Position numbers and translations under genes: made by a program. A DNA stretch of 64,000 bases from Psammoneis japonica (lineage: Eukaryota), in assembly GCA_008632985.1 (NCBI GenBank), contig QPGO01000017.1, positions 62,001 through 126,000 on the forward strand, in the 5' to 3' direction. This document shows positions 59,251 to 64,000 of this stretch, one piece after another (position 1 is the stretch's first letter; each line of letters starts with the position of its first letter). The notes below the pieces were generated by a model. It was not told the origin of the DNA and searched no databases. It was given only the letters and a program-made list of their open reading frames with translations.

Positions 59251-62200
59251 ACCCTCCATTCAAGATGGTGAAAATAAATGAAAATGTTTGCTCCCAATGA
59301 GTCAATGTTGATTTCAATCTGGAAGGGGGTTGACGAATGTTTGCACGCATGCGCACACCATGAGATGGCGGGGTTTGATGACCTGTGACTCAACGCCTTT
59401 TCTGTGGGTCTCTGATGTTCCATGGCATGTGCCACAGCCAGAGCCAACTCTGCCTCTCTGCCCAGCATGCCCATCATCAGCCAATGTTTGAGCCTCTGAG
59501 GAGCCAGCACATGGCTGGCTGCCGGCAGAGCTGAGCATGCTGCAGAGCAGCAACTCTTCATGTGACACAAGTTGGCCTGTTTGTGCTGTTTTGATCCTGT
59601 CATCTTGTGCAAGAGCAGAGTTGATGAAGCTTGCCACCTGCTGACTCTGGATGAGAGAACAATCAGCAACAACTGCTTTTCCTGCAAATTGTGTGCAATG
59701 ATGATGAAACAGGAAATTTGACAGGCTTTGCCATCAACCGTGCTTTGCAATGACTGGTGGATCTGCTGTGTGCAGCCTAGAAAAATTTTCTTCTGCTCAC
59801 AGTGCCCAAACAGAAATCAGTCCCTTTGAGTCTTCCAGCAACAGTCAACAACAGTGCAGTGACTGCAGCCAGTTTGAAGCCTTGCAGTTCTCTGATGACA
59901 GTGCAGCATCTGCAAGAAACTGAGATCTGGGTTTTGATTTCCTCTGTCAATGGAGAGAGTGCTTCTAGCCTGGAGATCTTGCACACAAAGAAAGACAGCA
60001 AAACCACTTCTGCAATGCCACAGTTTGTAATTTGGAAGCAGAGAAAACAGCCCATGCTTTGCTTTGTCAAAGACCAGTCAGGAGAGAAATGTGTTGTCTG
60101 CCAAAGGCAAACCAGAGCACATTTCCAACTTTTTGGCAGCTTGTTTTTTGGTGCATTCTTTTCCTCTTTTCCCCAAGAATCAGCTGCCCACTGTTTTTCT
60201 TTCCTTCATGTGCTCCTGTTGAGCAAACCAGTTTTGTTTGTTTCTTGCTCTTTCTTGCTTCCAGCTTTCTCTTCCTGGCCTTCTGCCATTTTTTCTTTTT
60301 CTGCTGCAGCACTCTGCAGGCACTGATGAGCCAGCACCCATGAGCAACAGGATGAAGTGACAATGAATTGTTGCTGCACCTGCAACCCAAATGGCTGAGA
60401 CAATGCCACAGGTGTGCCAAATTCAAGTGCCCAAATGTTCTGATGTTTGGGATCTAGGAACAAGGTGAAAAAGAAGATTTGACAGAGAAAGCCTGGTGTG
60501 CAAAACACACTCGCACAATGACAGCTTTTCTTTGAGTGCAAACACAATTCTGCGTTCAACACATTGTTTTAACCACTGAGATGTTTTGCCAGTGGCCTGC
60601 ACCCCACTGGGAAAGAGGAGCAAACAGGCAACAAATGCATTGCTTTAAAATGCACAATGGCTGAGCAAAGCTTTCTGATGGCATCATCCATGCCTTGAGA
60701 CAATCAGCCATGCAACTGTTTTGAGCTCTGGGCACTCCTTTCTGTTTAGCCAGTTTTGTTTGTGACTGTGCATTTTACCACCACAGCAATTGCTGGCTTG
60801 CTGTTTGCAGCAGCGCACCAAAGCCATGTCTTTTGAGATCTTGCACCCAGAGATGAGCTGTCTTGAGACAAATTTGCCTGCCACCACAGTTGAAACAACT
60901 CTCAAGCTGTGCTGGACATGCTCCAGTTTGTGCACAATCACAGCTTTTGCAAGTCATCCAAGAAGTTTTGTGGAACCCACTCTGCACAGCTGTCAGTGAT
61001 CTGTTTGTCATTGCAACAACAAAAAACACAGTGCCAAGAAACAGCAAAAACTCACATGCATTGCAACTCAAGCTTGCAGCCATGGAGCTCAATTTGTCAT
61101 TGAAAATGGGGAGAACACAGTTGCAAGAAACAGCAAAAACAATGTTGGGGCCTCTGCCAAGTCAGACACAACAACCACCTGCCAGAAAGTGCAAGGTGTG
61201 TGACTTGAGTGTCATCGTGTAAGAGACAGATGCAAAGGTGGGGTCTGGAGGTCAAAAATCTTTCATAAATTCTTCACAGGTCTTGGACATGATGCTTTCT
61301 TTTTCATTCATCAGACAATGGCACTGTGCAGAAAACTTTGAAAGTTGTTGAGTGGATTTCCCAATGTCTCACAGCAGTGGCCCACCCAGCAGTGCCAGGT
61401 GAAATCAGATTCACAGTGTGTCATCAACAGTGATGGCAGAAGAACCAGGCAGTGGGGAAGTCAGAGCAGTGTGCGTGGCACTGATCACACTGAGGGCTGG
61501 AGATGCAGCAGTGGACAGAGCCTGCCAAGCACCCCAGTCATTGACTGCTTGGCAGACTGACAAGCTTCAATCATCTGGAGATGGGCCAATCTTCAGCCAC
61601 TTGCATCTTTGAATGGGTGGCAGAGGACATGGCAACATGAGCAACAAAATTCTCGTGGTGGCTGAGATGCAGGGCAGCAAGTGTCAGTGTGTTGGATGCC
61701 ACAACAAGCTGCAGCATCATGTTGTGGCCTGCAAGAGTTGTGCCAGGCACACACAATCTTTTGCCCACAACAATTTTTTGGCCACAAACCAAATGCAGCA
61801 AGTGTTGTTTGTCAATGTGGGCACATTGTGGGACAACCAAAGCTTGTCTCACATTGCAAACAGCAGCTGGGAGGTGGTCAAAAGAGAGGAGATGAGAAAC
61901 CACAGCAGCACTGGGGTTGCACAAGGGAGGGAAGTTTTGCTCACAACTTGACAATGGCGCTTGTTTTGGAGCTGTCTGATTTCTCTCAAGCACAGTGCAA
62001 GAAAACATGCAAAATCAAAGCAAGCAGAAGGCACAGTCAGAAAGATGTGCTGTTGGGCCAGCTGGTGGCTCGCAGAGTTCAACAGGGAAAATGTCCCACA
62101 GCCACCAGAGAGTGCTGCGCAAACTGCACCAATGCCAGCATTGTTGTCTGCAATGTGTGCTGCAAGAAGCAAAACCATCAAAGACAAGGTTTTTGATCCT

Positions 62201-62424
62201 CTGCCGGAAGCAAAATGTGCACGAACAAGTGTTGCCTCCCAACAATGGCAAGCAGCAGAAGCTCAAGTGCTGTCTCTGGATGGCAGTGCTTGTCTGATTG
62301 GCAGAATTCAACACACAGCAAAACTCCCAACTTGTGCACTTGACTTGCAGCCGACAAACAGCAGTGAGCTCAGTGCAAGCAGCAGAATGACATCTGCTTC
62401 TTTGTGCTGGCAAAAAGGAAAATG

Positions 62425-63085
62425 ATGATGGAGGTGAAGAAAAATGGGATAAAGCAGAAAATGAGCCACCACAAAAATGGCACAAAAGTTGATGAAGGGT
62501 TGGGAGGCCATTTCAGAAGGTGTGGTGAACTGCTTCTTTGAATTGGCATTGTCAAAATGGTGGTCTTGGACATCTTCGTTTGCTGCTGACATGCAACCAA
62601 AGGAAGAGGCAGAAAGCAAGGGTTGTCAGAACAAAAAGCAAAGAGAAAGGGGATGCTGCAGCTGCAAAAGAGGCAGAAAGGTAAAATGCCGATGATGGAG
62701 ATGAAGAAAAAAAGGGGACAACATGGAGAATGAGCCACTGTGAAAATGGCGCAAAAGGCAAGAGAGGGTTGGGAGGCCATTTCAAGAGGTGCAGCAAAGT
62801 GCTGTTTTGATGGGGAGCCATGAACCCCGTTGGTGTTGTCAGAAGGCTGGTCTTGACACCATTGTTGTTTGCTGACAGCCATGTTCAATGATGGAGATGA
62901 AGAAAAAAAGGGGACAACATGGAGAATGAACCACTGTGAAAATGGCGCAAAAGGCAAGGGAGGTCGGGAGGCCATTTCAAGAGGTGCAGCAAAGTGCTGT
63001 TTTGATGGGGAGCAGTGAACCCCATTGGTGTTGTCAGAAGGCTGGTCTTGACACCATTGTTGTTTGCTGACAGCCATGTTTAATG
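62425..63085. repeat. ~196-bp tandem duplication (62692-62887, 62888-63085) with a more diverged third copy from 62425
   Basis: ATGATGGAGATGAAGAAAAAAAGGGGACAACATGGAGAATGA...GCTGACAGCCATGTT(C/T)AATG is repeated. Confidence 0.9.
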
Positions 63086-64000
63086 TTTGATTGTGCTTTG
63101 CTCTTTTTCTGTCATGTGCGTGTGCTTCATGACAAACTGCATTCATGCCTGGACAAACCTGTGTGTTGTCAAAGTGTTGTCAAATCAGAAAGATGCTGGT
63201 TGAGAGTGGGGAGACTCATTGACATGCCAAGTGATGTGGTGTGTGAGGCAATGATGTGGGTGCCAGCACAGGAGTGATTGGTGGAGTTGCTTTGCAGAGA
63301 GAACATTCTTGCATCTGCAAGAGTGCTTTTTTGTGCAATTGTGAAATGGAACATCGTGCGGCTGCCATTGGTGTTGGTGCTTGTGGCAAATTGTTGCTTG
63401 GCAGTCTTGTCAGGAAGCAGCAGCAGCAGTGATGTGTTTGTGGAACAACCTCCATCATCAGCGGTTCAATCACGAGTCACCAGCCCTCTCTCAACCAGAC
63501 ACCCTGGGGCTTTTGTGCTCACCCGCCATCACCATGCACATTGTTGTGGATGTTTTCTTGCCTCTGACCTTCTCCCACCAAAGAGTCACATTCACTTTCC
63601 TCTCTGTGTGGAGTGTGCACGCACTTTGCTGTGCAACACTCCATGGCTGAAAAATGAAAAAAAATGAAAAAGAGGAGCAGGCAGTTGCAAAGCAAAATGA
63701 TGACAACACAGGCATCTCAAAACTCCTTGTTTCTGTGTGTCACTGGGATGGGCTTGTTTGAGATGGAATTTGTTTTGGAAAGTTTCTCCATTTCTCTCAG
63801 CAAGCACAGCAAAAATTTTGTGAAATCAAACTGAAAAGGCACAGTCAGAAAGATGTGCTGTTGGATGAGCTGGCAGAGTTCAATGAGGAAAACATCCTGC
63901 CAGAGAATGCTGTGCTGCTGACAATGATGTTGGTGTTGTCCACAGCATGTGCCACAAGCAGCAAAGCCGTTGAAAGACAAAACAGTGTGCTGTCTCCTCA

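Larger units (their letters stand above)
56828..64000. mobile_element. Heavily mutated transposon-derived block running off the end of the window
   Basis: About 18 TpA in 57001-64000 (by-eye count) and strong CpG loss. Contains a relic ORF homologous to 24224-25417 and internal duplications. Confidence 0.7.

Noticed and set aside
56828..64000. Dozens of 60-250-aa Cys/His/Gln-rich ORFs on all six frames (also at 10-11 and 15-19 kb)
   Set aside because: Expected artefact of TAA/TAG depletion in TpA-poor DNA; no domain motifs.
57001..64000. Classical RIP or CpG methylation decay alone as the explanation for the composition
   Set aside because: RIP increases TpA and CpG decay does not consume it. 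CpG decay is present but cannot account for the missing TA.

Overview
Eukaryotic nuclear DNA, most likely from a pennate diatom (short GT-AG introns, an ASAF-type plastid presequence, an APR-B sulfate reductase, a nuclear MinC). I can support eight host genes: minC; a ~2,339-aa five-domain ether-lipid fusion (ACBP + DegT-type PLP enzyme + fatty acyl-CoA reductase + DHAP acyltransferase + alkyl-DHAP synthase); plastid APR-B; an LCMT-GNAT fusion; RPN10; a ~4,400-aa secreted Pro/Ser/Thr-rich protein built from duplicated exons; a BT1/MFS-like transporter; and a sulfotransferase. They are interleaved with transposon-derived blocks at ~10-11.1, ~15.2-26.3, 48.2-54.9 (Ginger-like), 55.0-56.8 (TA-flanked TIR element) and 56.8-64 kb. 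The most striking signal is that these blocks have almost no TpA dinucleotides (stretches of 0.9-1.2 kb with none). Paired repeats show TA versus CA/TG differences, Tyr appears replaced by Cys/His, and RTAY sites are lost most completely. This suggests a transposon-targeted TpA->TpG/CpA hypermutation, the reverse direction of fungal RIP, that is partly independent of CpG decay and spares a recently triplicated host gene. All counts are by eye and all family calls come from motif recognition, not database searches.
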